Assembly (NCBI GenBank): GCA_010015585.1
Contig: ML975152.1
Origin: Eremomyces bilateralis CBS 781.70
Lineage: Eukaryota
Length of the DNA stretch: 64,000 nucleotides
Direction: 5' to 3' (one strand)
In this document: positions 1 through 11,175 of the stretch, in pieces
Layout: every line of letters begins with the position of its first letter
How positions within the stretch are numbered: the stretch's first letter is position 1
The notes under the pieces: generated by a model
What the model saw: the letters and a program-made list of their open reading frames with translations, nothing else
Told to the model about the DNA's origin: nothing
Database searches by the model: none
Position numbers and translations under genes: made by a program

Positions 1-73
1 CCCTCAATATCTTCTCGCTTCACGGACTAGATAGAGAGAGAGAGATTCATACTTCACGGACTAGATACCAATA

Positions 74-792
74 TCAACATTTTTCCCACGTCAATGGCAA
101 CTCCTGCTTAAACACGTGATCCGCCGAGTCCGCGGTAATCAGTCCTTGCGCCTGTTCATTCCGACTCTGCAACCCGATCCGCAATGTAATCCGTACACTG
201 TTCTTTGAATTCGCCTGCTTGCCACATGGGCTCGTCGCACCGCGCTGGTTGCCACTATGCAGCAGATAATCCTCCGACAGCGGACCTCTCAACGACTTCG
301 AAAAGCGCGTCTAAAAAGAGTTAATACCACGCCTCGCATCTTTTCGATTGTGTATTTCTGTACCTGATCATTCTTCCCCCCATGCCCATACCCACTCGTA
401 ATCGTCCCCGTCACCCCCGACTCCAAATTACAATACCCTCGATAATCCGCCGCGTCGATCCGATACCTCCAGTTATCCGGCACGTCCAACTTCACCGTGA
501 CGGCACAGTACTTGCTATTACTCCCCTTCGGCACTTTTGGCCCGATGGTGGCCTCGAAATTGTCGAACATCAGCGTCATGATGCTGTTGTCGGCGCTGAT
601 GGCGACGCTGAAGGTGCCGGGGGGGCAGCCGTTGTTGCCGGTGCCACCTTGCGTGCGGTCAGTAGCGGCGAGGGAGGACATGCCGGAGGTGTCGACAGAG
701 GGGCTGGTGACTTGGACGGAGCCGGCCGGAGGGCGGGATTGGGCGAGGGAGAGGGTGAGGAAAGGGAGGAGGTGGAGGGGATGGAAGCGCAT
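74..792 (-). CDS. Secreted DUF4360-family protein (2 exons; intron 311-363)
   Basis: N-terminal signal peptide MRFHPLHLLPFLTLSLA. G-x-G-C-P-x-G motif, then TLMFDNFEATIGP, C-x6-L-x-VP-x-W, and DYRGY, typical of DUF4360. A GT...AG intron joins ORF 289-792 to ORF 74-292, ending WEKC. Confidence 0.85.
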
Positions 793-1546
793 GGTGGATG
801 TTGGCTTGGATGGAAAGTTTAAACAATACGAACTCGATAGAATGATAGGAGCGAAGAGAGATATCGAAAGAATAGGACGACTACATCGCTAAATATACTC
901 AACGCTGAGAGCTGACAACCTTCTGCGCTTTAGTGGACGTAGATGAAGAATACGACAAACCGGACAGATCAACATCGAGAGAGTAAGATCAAGAGACTCA
1001 AAAGAACCAAGCTCGTATACGGAAGATTACCTGGCCAAGAAATAGAGCAGTTAATCTGTAAGGCTGCGGCCCTACATTAAGCCTTCTGCCCTACATGAAT
1101 CGAATGTACCGACGGTGTTTGATATTGACGAAGAAGTCAGGGTACTGCGATGGTGAAGAAAAATTGATCGACAATCCTAGCGCTTCTTCACGTCGATCGG
1201 ACGGACCACATGGATCGGTCAGGGACACTCAGGGTTCAGCCATCCCAGCCCGATCCGGTAGCACTGGATATAAATATCGGCAGCCCGGGATCATGCTGAT
1301 TGATGTTCACGGAACTTATTCGTAATGCAAATCGTACAGATGACGCCGGAAGAAGCGCTGACCAAACCCAAACCCTCGCGATGCCATGGATAGCGCCTGA
1401 CGATGAAATATACCCCGCCATCCCGGCGGACCGAGTCTCCGTATGCCAAATGGGAAGTATCAGACCGTGACCGAAAACAGGTAGCCCTGCACATGATTTA
1501 CCTCCGCGAAACCAGCTCCATTCCCCGCATCACCCCTTCCTACCCA

Positions 1547-2643
1547 TCAACAACACCTCCCACCCCTCTCCCCTCTCCGTGCCCTCACCTCCCCATCCCA
1601 CCTCCTCACCTCCTCCCCACCTTCCGCCCCATCCCCACCTCCCGGCGCAATGCCCGGCAACCCCAACCAACTCCGTCGCTTATCCCCATACCCCACCCGA
1701 AAACTCCCGCCCCCCTCCTCCCCCCCAGGCTCGCAGTCGAAATACCCCCCCGCCCCACTATACCCCTCCAACCCCAGCTGCGCCGCCTCCGCCGCCTGCT
1801 GCTGCTCGACTAGCCGCCGAGTGATCACCCGGAATACCTCGTCGACGCCTTCGCCGGTGAGTGCGCTGATCTCGTGGCAGGAGTCCCAGCCCACGTCGGT
1901 GGTCCAGAGGTTGTGGGTGCTGGAGCGATTAGAGGGAGGGGTAGGGAGCGGAGCGTGGTTGGCGCGCGATTGCCCCGCGGGGAGAGATGGCCCGGGGAGC
2001 CCGTGTGCCGTGAGCGGGGGTGTATGCGACCTCGGCAGATTTGTCTGCGCGGACGCATAAGTCGACAGCGACGGACGGGACACGCCACCTGCTGGCGTAG
2101 TGAGGAGCGTGCCGTTTTGTAAAGGCGGTTGCGAGGGGTAGAGATGTTCCGCGACATAGGCGATGCAGCGCTCGAAGGGGACGGCGCGCTGGGACGGGTG
2201 TTCGGCGACGACGTCGGCTTTAGTGCCGACGACGTGGATGATGGTGGAGGGGTGGAGGTTTTCGCGCAGTTCGAGGAGCCAGCGGCCCATTTCGGCGAAG
2301 GAGGAGGGGGAGGTGATGTCGTAGCAGAGGACGGCGGCGTTGGCGCCTGGGAGGAGTGAGTAGGTGTTCGATGTTTTGAGGGATTAAGGGGTGGGGTCGT
2401 ACCTCTATAGTATAGTTTGCTGATGCTTCGGAAGCGCTCCTGGCCGGCGGTGTCCCATATTTGTAGGCGTACCACTGCTTGCGAATCGACGTCGACTACT
2501 CGCTTCGTCAAGAAGGATGCGCCGATTGTTGATGCGGTCCCAGGCGGGGAGAAGGCGCCTTTGACATATCGGTGGACGAGGGAGGTTTTGCCAACGCCTT
2601 GGGAGCCTAAGACTACAATCTTAGCCTCCAAACTGTTGCTCAT
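1547..2643 (-). CDS. Rab-family small GTPase (Rab5 group, RabX1/Rab24-like); intron 2347-2402
   Basis: GSQGVGKTS P-loop, STIGASF switch I, WDTAGQERF, YYRG|ANAAVLCYD across the intron, G4 GTKAD, G5 EISALTG, C-terminal CC prenylation motif. Confidence 0.92.
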
Positions 2644-3054
2644 CGTTCGTGTGGTCGAATTGCGGTTCGATTCGGATGGCCGGGGTGGTGCTGAGGATGG
2701 ACGAAATGTTTGGCGATACACCACATACCCTCGGGGATGTTTGAACGAGAGAAACTATCCGCAGTAAAGAATATATCCTCTTCACCAGAAATTCATTGAT
2801 CACTCGCTGTTTGAGAAGACTGTTGTAGTAATAGGGAGTTTCGGGGTAGTTTAATGAACGGGTGGGGCACTGTAAACAGATCGGTGCATATCAAAACAAA
2901 GCGGGATCTGGCACGGTGCAGGATAGCCGGGGGGATGGTGGCTTTCAACGCAGGGAAATTCACAGTACTGCGATGTATAGGAGATAGGAATCACTTTGTT
3001 GCATGCGAGACACAGTGTAGGCTGAGGAATACATGTAAGAAAGCCCAACAGGAG

Positions 3055-3080
3055 AAAGGGTCCAAAGGGTCCAAAGGGTC
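3055..3080. repeat. Short tandem repeat (AAAGGGTCC) x~3
   Basis: Read directly from the sequence upstream of the Rab gene. Confidence 0.8.
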
Positions 3081-3326
3081 TTGTGACGCGAATTGAAATG
3101 CGACGTCGATCGGTGGATCCATGACATCCACCTGCAGTGAGGACGCCTGAGGCCATAAGGCGGGAAGTGAAGCTGATATTCATCCGAGTTGATTAGAGAT
3201 TCAGTTCATGTTTAGTCAAGCTCAGTCCATTTTATGTTAATGGTCATGTTCGGTTGTAGTGGCAGCAGAGTATAAATATTAACATTATTCCTATAGTCAT
3301 ACAAATTCTATTACTCGTCCTCCAAG

Positions 3327-4463
3327 CTAGATCTTGATAATCACCTTCCCCCTCGAATGTCCCCCCTCGACCTTTGCGAACGCCTCCTTAAATTCCTCCA
3401 ACGGAAACACACTATCGACAACCGGCTTCAAGTCCCCACTCTCAATAACCGGCGCGAGCTCTGCCAGCTGCTCCCCCTTCGACTCCATAATGAAGAACGA
3501 ATCCCGAATCCCCTCCGCCACCCCGCTCGGCTTCCTCATCTCCGGCGGCTCCCGAATCCCCAACAAGATCCCCCCCTCCCTCACCGCCGTCCATGCATCC
3601 GCAAGGGTCTGGCCCCCAAGCATATCAAACACCAAGTCCACTTTCGGCTGCGCCCTCGCCCACTCCCCCAGCGACGTCTTCCTATAGTCGATCACCTCCG
3701 TCGCACCCAAGCTCTTCACGAACTCCACATTGCTCGTCCCCGTGATCGCGATCACCGACCCCACCCCCGCCGCCCGCGCGAGCTGCACGGCGATGACGCC
3801 CACCCCTCCCGCGCCGGCGGTGATCAGCACCCGTTTCTTCGCGTTCTCGGCACGCCCGGCCGCGTCTTTCCATCCCAATTTCAGCTCCCCGTGCTCGAAC
3901 AGCGCCTGGTAAGCGGTGAACGTGCTCAGTGGAATCGAGGCGGCCTCCTCCCAGCTAAGGTTCGCCGGCTTGGCCGCGAGCTCGGCGGTTTTGGCGACAG
4001 TGTACTCGCGTGCGTTCCCGGTAATGTGCGCGGGGGTGCGGGTGTAGATTTCCGTCCCTGGGGGGAAGGGGGAGTTGGGGGGGGCAGTGATCACCTCACC
4101 GGAGAGGTCGTAGCAGGGGACGAGGATTTTGCCGGGTTTGAGGACAGAGTCGGGGAAGTTCTTGCCCCAGAGGAGCTCGCCGGCGCAGGGAGCGGTGGCG
4201 TGGACTTTGATGACGTGTTCATCGGTGTTGGGTTTGGCGGACTGGAAGGGGAGGGAGGTGAGGATGAGGTCGGTGGATTGGATGTCTGGTTGGAGGACGG
4301 CGCGGATCGTGGTGGGGAGGCTGGTAGACGACATGGTGGTGGTATGGTATGGGGTTTGTTGACGACAGAAATGATTCAAGGGACGTGGATTCGCAATAGG
4401 ACTTATTGCTGACGTGAAGGACGTTGCTTTGAGGTGTTTTGCAATATGAGAAAGACGATGCAT
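3327..4463 (-). CDS. Medium-chain dehydrogenase/reductase, quinone oxidoreductase-like (Zn-independent MDR); second in-frame ATG at 4334
   Basis: GroES-like N-domain (HVIKVHATAPC, PCYDLSGEV), AKPANLSWEEAASIPLSTFTAYQAL, Rossmann VLITAGAGGVG, C-terminal GHSRGKVIIKI. Confidence 0.92.
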   Translation of the reverse strand: MHRLSHIAKHLKATSFTSAISPIANPRPLNHFCRQQTPYHTTTMSSTSLPTTIRAVLQPDIQSTDLILTSLPFQSAKPNTDEHVIKVHATAPCAGELLWGKNFPDSVLKPGKILVPCYDLSGEVITAPPNSPFPPGTEIYTRTPAHITGNAREYTVAKTAELAAKPANLSWEEAASIPLSTFTAYQALFEHGELKLGWKDAAGRAENAKKRVLITAGAGGVGVIAVQLARAAGVGSVIAITGTSNVEFVKSLGATEVIDYRKTSLGEWARAQPKVDLVFDMLGGQTLADAWTAVREGGILLGIREPPEMRKPSGVAEGIRDSFFIMESKGEQLAELAPVIESGDLKPVVDSVFPLEEFKEAFAKVEGGHSRGKVIIKI

Positions 4464-5577
4464 TGCTTGATGATAAAAACCAACTTACCGGCAGCATCGA
4501 AGTCATTTATACTATCCGTTTCAACCTACCGCAGGACCCACATCGTATACTCCTCCCGCCGAGATTTCTGACCACCTCTTCAGAGGCATCGTGTAATTTC
4601 GAAGTCGGCGTTCCGCGATGACGAGGACGCGACTAAACGCGACACCGGCGTACGGTATCTTGACTAAACATGTTGACTCAGCAGCCAAGACAGGCTAGGC
4701 AATCTAATTGGCCAATCAGGGGGCGAATAAATACCCGAGCGGTGTCTCGGGTTATGAGGTGGGGAGCGGAACGGAAGCGCTTGACGGCGTTTTGAAGACT
4801 CGAAGTGCCGGGGGAGACGTTGACCTCCCCCCTTGTCTCCTGCAACAGGAATCGGGAACCCATTGGAGAAAAACGAGGAGAGAACCTGTCACAAGAAGCT
4901 ATATCTGCCCTTCTCCTAGTCTCCTAGTGGCTAGTAGGGGCGTCCCTTTTTGGGGATGGTCATGGAACAGCGAGCTTCCCGGCGAGGCAATCAATGCAAC
5001 TTGGCGACATTGAGTCAGAGTCCAGTAAGCAGCTGTTCAACCGGCCGGAGATGCACAATTGCGCGCCGACGAATCGGTAGAAGATGCGGCTTCGTCTATT
5101 TCTTTGCTACCAATTGCCATAGGTAAGGTAGATAAGGTACAGCCTGGTATACAATCCCGGATGTGCTCCGCACAGCGGAAATATCACCAATGTTAATCTC
5201 TGCCATCAAGTTCGAGTCCATGGCATGTCTCTCCATATTGCGACCGGAAACAGGAGGAAGATTCTGATCGAGGCGCATCTTGGATCAAAGATTCGGTGAC
5301 GGTCATTAACATTGTCCAAATTAACATCATTCGCTAGTCTTACTATTCTTGGAACGGAGCTGCGAGAGTGTACGGGGTGCTCCCGACCCCTCACGCCCAC
5401 CAAGCCTACACCAGTTATCTCTCTTCATCAAGTCTTTTTTTTCTGCGTCAGGCACAAACACTAAACAGGTAGCCTTTTATGTCCAAGAAACCACTCTGCC
5501 CCGTTTATAAGGTATTCAGTGCTAGTTGGCAACCCCAATTTGGATTCGGATTACCCAGATCAGTTCCTGCCGCGGGT

Positions 5578-7634
5578 ATGCAGGCGTCGCAGGATAGTGC
5601 GACAGGGAAGTCGGGTACTCGAGTGTCGTTAGCATGCGTGCAATGCCGCAGCCGTCATCTCAGGTGCGATGCCGTCGATCCAATCTGCAGCAGATGTAGC
5701 GAGACGGGTAAGCCGTTCGTCGATCAGCGCCTCGACATCGATCGTACTGATCCTGATAGGCACTGCGTGCACGTATCTCAAGTCTCGACGGGGTGGACGA
5801 CCACGCGTCCGACCACTCCCAGGACCCGACCCAACAGGGTCAGTGCCGTTACCTATGTCGTTACCGATGTCATCGACCACAGTGGTAACTAGCCTCCCGA
5901 TGTCCGAGCCCCTCAACCACAGCCCTGCGCTGGTCACACCCGGCACACACGACCGCTCCGCCGTCCCCAGCTCCGACAGCTCCAGCTCCGGCACTGACGA
6001 TCTACGAGCCAGCGCGACGCAAGATCCGCTGCTCGATCTCTACTACCACTACTTCCACCACGGGCACCCCTGCGCGCTGCCCGCGCGGTTCATGGCCAGC
6101 TTCACGACGCAAGAAGTCCACTCGAGCATCCCCGGGATGAGCTTGCTGGTGGCGGTGATGCAGTTCATCGGATCGCTGTACTCCACGAAGATCGCGTCCG
6201 ACCCGCTGGAGGAGCGGGTGAAGATGGCGATGATGGAAGGCGAGATGACGCCGTCGCCATTCGAGGTGCAGGCGTTGACGTTGTATGCGATTGCATCGTA
6301 CTGGTGCCATGACGACGAGGCAGCCAAAAGTGTCATGGGCGGCGCGAGCGACAAGGCAATCGCGCTGGGGATGAACCTGCAGAGTTTTGCAGACGCGAAC
6401 TCGGGCGGCAATCCGATTCTAGCGGAGAGTTGGAGACGTACATGGTGGACCTTGTATCTCGTGGATGCGCATATTGCTTCCAGCACTCACGCTGCTATCT
6501 TCCGAACAAGTCAACGGACCGTCCCTGCGACCGTTGATCTACCCTGCGAGGAGGATGCATATGAATCAGGGGTAAGTTCACCAAGAATCTGTCCGTACAT
6601 CCACTGAACATTGTAGAATATCCCCATTCCTCACACTGTCGAAGACTACGACAATCGAGAATTCATGGACGATGATGTGGAGTTCTCATCGTTTGCTTAC
6701 CTGGTCGGGCTACTCCGTAGTGTCGATCACATCTGCATTGGCATGTCCAGAGAGTCTCTTGAAGACGTGAGAGCCATGGCGGCCAATCACGACGCAGCTT
6801 GCAATGGATGGGTGAACTTGCTCGCGAAGTCGAAACGGAAGTTGTTTCGGGAAGACGGTAAAATAGATGAGCTCTTGTTCGGGGCGAACATGGGTGTTTT
6901 GATGTAAGTTGATGAATATTACCCCTATCCAGCCCCGTGGTCAAAACAGCCTGGGTTGGCTACCTCATACCATCCACTAACAACCCAGCTACACCGTCGA
7001 CATCCACCGCCAACTCTCCACCCTCTCTTACTCCCCCATCGAATCCGTCTCCTCCTGCGCCCCACCGCCACCCCCCAAACGCCTCACCTCCGTCTACGCG
7101 CGCGACGCGCACATCCACACCGCTAAGGTCCTCCAAGCCATCACAAAGATGACCGAAATGCTCACCCTGCCTGCCCGCACAGCCCAGCACACCCCTTTCG
7201 CCATCTGCATGACCGCCACCACCACCATCGCTCACCTCGCTGCCTGCAAGCACGTCCTCCGCGGCGACGCCCTGCTGCTTGCCCGCGAGCGCATCCGCGT
7301 TGCCATGGGCACCATCGAGATCTTCGCGGAGGTGTGGCCGCGCGCAAAACGCGTACTCAAAGAAGTTAAGACTGTCGCACGGGAGCTGCTGGCGCTTGGC
7401 CCCGGACTGCAATCGCGGGCGCTGGACGCGCAGGCGGGGTTGCTGAACGCGTATATCCCCGAGGTGCCGAACCAGAGTCCGTTGCTGTTTACGAATTATT
7501 TTCCGGGGCCGGATTTGAGTGCTTATACGGAGTTTTGTAATCAGACGACAGGGTTTGGGTTGGGGATGACGGATACGGAGTCGAATTCGAGTAGCGATGT
7601 GGTGTCGTTTGAGATACCCGTCGGGACGTTTTGA
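5578..7634 (+). CDS. Zn(II)2Cys6 transcription factor with fungal TF middle domain; introns 5708-5759, 6572-6616, 6904-6988
   Basis: ACVQCRSRHLRCDAVDPICSRCSETG|TACTY zinc cluster completed across intron 1. ESWRRTWWTLYLVD middle-homology motif. All three introns are GT-AG and keep the frame. An upstream in-frame ATG at 5479 is also possible. Confidence 0.92.
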
Positions 7635-7933
7635 GGCTTATATTACGTCGGGAGTCCGGGTATTGGGATGCCGGGGTGGATAGGCTATCTGCAGGCCGAG
7701 AGTGACTCAGCATGTCGTAGGACTGTTACGTCTTGGGTCTCCTCGGATGGATTGAGCACTTGTGTTCTTGTGCGAGGAGTTGGGGTATATATAACGAACT
7801 TCCCACGACCTTGACGACATGACCAGAAGGAAACGAGTATCATCGCTACTAGCTACTATCAATTCCACTCTCAATATAATTCTTACCATACCGTACTCAA
7901 CCCCACCAAATTACCCCCAAGCCACCGCCCAAC

Positions 7934-8412
7934 ATGGTTCAACAAGTCGCGGACATCGCCTACGACAGGACGTACGTCCCCCTTCCCCCCTCCCTTCCTC
8001 CCTCCCTTCCCATCTAACCCTCACCAGCAAACCCGCCCCCAAAATCGAGCTCGTCTACCAATGGCCGCTCAAAAATGTCCCCAACTTCTCTGTCCTTGCC
8101 CTGCGCGTCAGCTTCCCACCGGGAGGCTCCTCTCCACCGCACCGACACGGGGGCGCCTCGGTGGCCGCCACGATCATCAAGGGGACCGCGTACAACAAGA
8201 TGAATAACGACCCGACGCGGTTGTTCTCGGAAGGAGAAGCGTGGTATGAGGCGCCTGGGTGCCATCATAAGACGAGTGAGAATGCGAGTCAGACGGAGGA
8301 GTTGATTTTGTTGGCGACGTTTGTGGTGGAAACGAAGGTGGTGGACGAGGGGGGGATGGGAGCGTTGGTGCAGGTGGATGAGGAGTACAAGGATGTGGTG
8401 ATTCATTTTTAG
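7934..8412 (+). CDS. Small cupin-domain protein (RmlC-like cupin_2); intron 7972-8027
   Basis: VSFPPGGSSPPHRHGGASV and GEAWYEAPGCHH cupin motifs. ATG at 7934 splices in frame into ORF 7819-8412. Confidence 0.9.
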
Positions 8413-9230
8413 CGGCCTTTGGACTGCTATATAGTTGGAGAGTCTAATATAATCCTCGCTCACCTATTATTATTGAATTCCCCTATGTCTAACTTAGTAT
8501 ACTTCGCAGACTTAGGTTTTGACCTCCCAGGCTTTGCCTGCTGTCTGACCCGTCACATAAGTCGCCTTCCGTATCGTTAGTCTTACCCTCCGCGCGCGTA
8601 AGATCAAATCGTGAAATTGTCCAAATAGAAATAGAAGTACAGCGATGAAAATCTAACAAAAGCCACAGGACAGGGCATGGCCGGAGCCGATCAGCCCAGC
8701 CCCTCGGTTCAGCCCTGCGCGATATGCACACGACAGATATTGATCGGAGGCAGGGTACCTGCTGCACTGACTACACCCACGCCGCATCAATTCTTTCGCG
8801 CATCATCTTCAATAAGTGTAGGACCAAGCAATCGTTTGTTTTTCAAGCACCCCGCAATGATAGCAACGTCGCATCGCTGCCAAGTGTCAGATAAAGCAGG
8901 TCTTCGGCCTCGCGGCTGGAGATCAGCGTGGAGGTTGGTTCGGCTCGGCTCGAAGGGCTTTAGCTCGTTGGAGATCGCCTAAACTTGCCGTTGGTAGGAT
9001 GTCTAAAGAGCTTCGCCTTCGTCATTCATTTGATCGAAGTGCTGATAAAGAAGCGTTTCCGAAAATATCTTCATTTTACTCGCTATTGGAGGTTTCAAGT
9101 TCAAGAGTTGTTTAATGGTTCTCGATAAATAAAGTCGGTCTTGAGATTTGATTATTGGGTGTTGTTATCTTTCCGCAGCACACGGTTGATATAGAGACTT
9201 TTCCCTTGTGTTCTTATTCATCATTCCATC

Positions 9231-10668
9231 ATGTCTGAGTTCAAGAACGGGACAAAGAAAGTGTTCGTGGGGCCTTTTGTGCAAAGCAAGACTTTGAAAG
9301 AGTTGGAAATTTGCAAGGACGGTATTATCGGAGTAGATGAAGAAGGTCGGATAGCCTTCGTCGAACGCAGTACTGCTGATGTGGAGGCGGCTTTGAAGTT
9401 GCATGGCTGGGAAAAGGTAGAGGTTATACGGTTAAAGGAGAATGGTTTCTATTTTCCGGGATTCATAGGTAAGTCATATCAAACATTCCGAATATCAGCT
9501 CTAACGAAGACCAGATACCCACATTCACGCCTCGCAATACCCAAATGCAGGCATTTTCGGCAAATCCACCCTCCTAGATTGGCTCAACACCTACACCTTC
9601 CCCCTGGAAGCCTCCTTCTCTGATGTCGCCCGAGCCCGCGCAATCTACAACCGCGTGGTCTCCCGTACTCTCTCCCATGGTACCACCACTGCCGCCTACT
9701 ACGCAACCATCCACGTCGCCGCCACCAACCTCCTCGCCGACATCTGCCTCGCCCACGGCCAGCGCGCCTTCATCGGCCGCGTCTGCATGGACTCCGCCAT
9801 CGCCCCCGACTTCTACAAAGATGAGTCCGCCGCCCAAGCGCTCGCCGCCACCCGAGAATCCATCGCGCACATCCGCAACATCGACCCCACCCACGCCATC
9901 GTGTCGCCGATCATCACCCCGCGGTTCGCGCCCGCGTGCAGCCCCGATTGCCTGGCGCAGCTGGGCGAGCTGCACCGCGAGACGGGGTATCCGGCGCAGA
10001 CGCACATATCCGAGAACATGAATGAGGTCAAGTTGGTGGGGGAACTGTTTCCGGACGCGCGGTCGTACGCGCACGTGTATGATGACGCGGGGCTGTTGAC
10101 GGACAAGATGATCTTGGCGCACGCGGTGCACCTCAACGATGATGAAGTGGCATTGGTGAAAGCGCGGGACGCGAAGATTAGCCATTGCCCGGCAAGTAAC
10201 ACGGCGCTGACGTCGGGTACGGCGAAGGTGCGGAAGTATCTGGACTACGGGATCGATGTGGGGTTGGGGACCGATGTTAGTGGGGGGTTCAGTCCGAGCG
10301 TGCTGGAGGTGGTTAAGCAGGCGGTATGGGTGAGTCGACATGTGGCAATGGAAGCCGGGGACGCGGTGAAGTTGTCGACGGAGGAGGCACTGTATCTTGC
10401 AACGAGGGGAGGGGCAAAGGTGGTTGGGCTAGCCGAGCGGATTGGTGGGTTCGAGGTTGGGATGGATTGGGATGCGCAGATGGTGTTGCTGAACGAGGTG
10501 CAGGATATGGAAGGCCATGGCGAGGATGAAGGGCCGGTGGATCATTTCGGGTGGGAAAGCTGGGAGGATAAGGTCGCGAAGTGGGTGTACAATGGGGATG
10601 ATAGGAACACGGTTGCGGTTTGGGTTAAGGGGAGACTCGTGCATAAGACGAGTAGGTATCAGTCATGA
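9231..10668 (+). CDS. GUD1: Guanine deaminase (amidohydrolase family); intron 9469-9514
   Basis: FPGFI|DTHIHASQYPNAG, TLSHGTTTAAYYATIH, ITPRFAPACS, QTHISEN, LAHAVHL, SHCPASN and VGLGTDVSGG motifs. Confidence 0.96.
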
Positions 10669-11053
10669 TTATTGTGAGTTTGTGACTGACTGGTTTTATG
10701 GGATGGTTTCCTATATCTGCTTCCGTGGTGTTCTCGATGAGAGGCGGCTGTTGGACTTCCTCGGACAAATTACGGATCAACCATATTCGGGCATCTAGAG
10801 ACACAAACAACCTAGAGAGTAGAGATAGACTATGAATGTTCGGCACACATCCAAACACGCTCGTGGCAATTATAGCGAAGCAATTCGCCCACCAGGTTCC
10901 TGGGTAGTTGAGATGAGAACTGGATTAGGTTTAATATATGGCCGAACTCTGATGCCCGAAACAGACTCTAGCGGTCTAGCCGCTAGGACCCTGGTAGGGC
11001 ATGGGTTACGTAGGCGAACATCCGAACCGCGCCATCTGCCTCGAGTCTCCGCA

Positions 11054-11097
11054 AGTCAACGACCCCCGTTTTCGTGCACCCCTGTTTTCGTGCACCC
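11054..11097. repeat. Left TIR with internal direct repeat GTTTTCGTGCACCC x2
   Basis: Seen directly. Internal direct repeats are characteristic of Fot1-family TIRs. Confidence 0.88.
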
Positions 11098-11175
11098 AAC
11101 CAAGATAGGTAGATTTCTGTAGATCTATACTCTACTTCATCAACCAATTCAACAAAATGAGATGCTATACTGAAA

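Noticed and set aside
18..67. 16-bp direct repeat CTTCACGGACTAGATA flanking a short (AG)n tract
   Set aside because: Consistent with local replication slippage in a 3' UTR; no element structure.
3357..4412. 351-aa plus-strand ORF antisense to the MDR gene (and similar long antisense or alternate-frame ORFs over the Rab, guanine deaminase, VIP1, PTP and Tda10 genes)
   Set aside because: Shadow ORFs caused by GC-rich codon bias of the real genes; no recognisable motifs.
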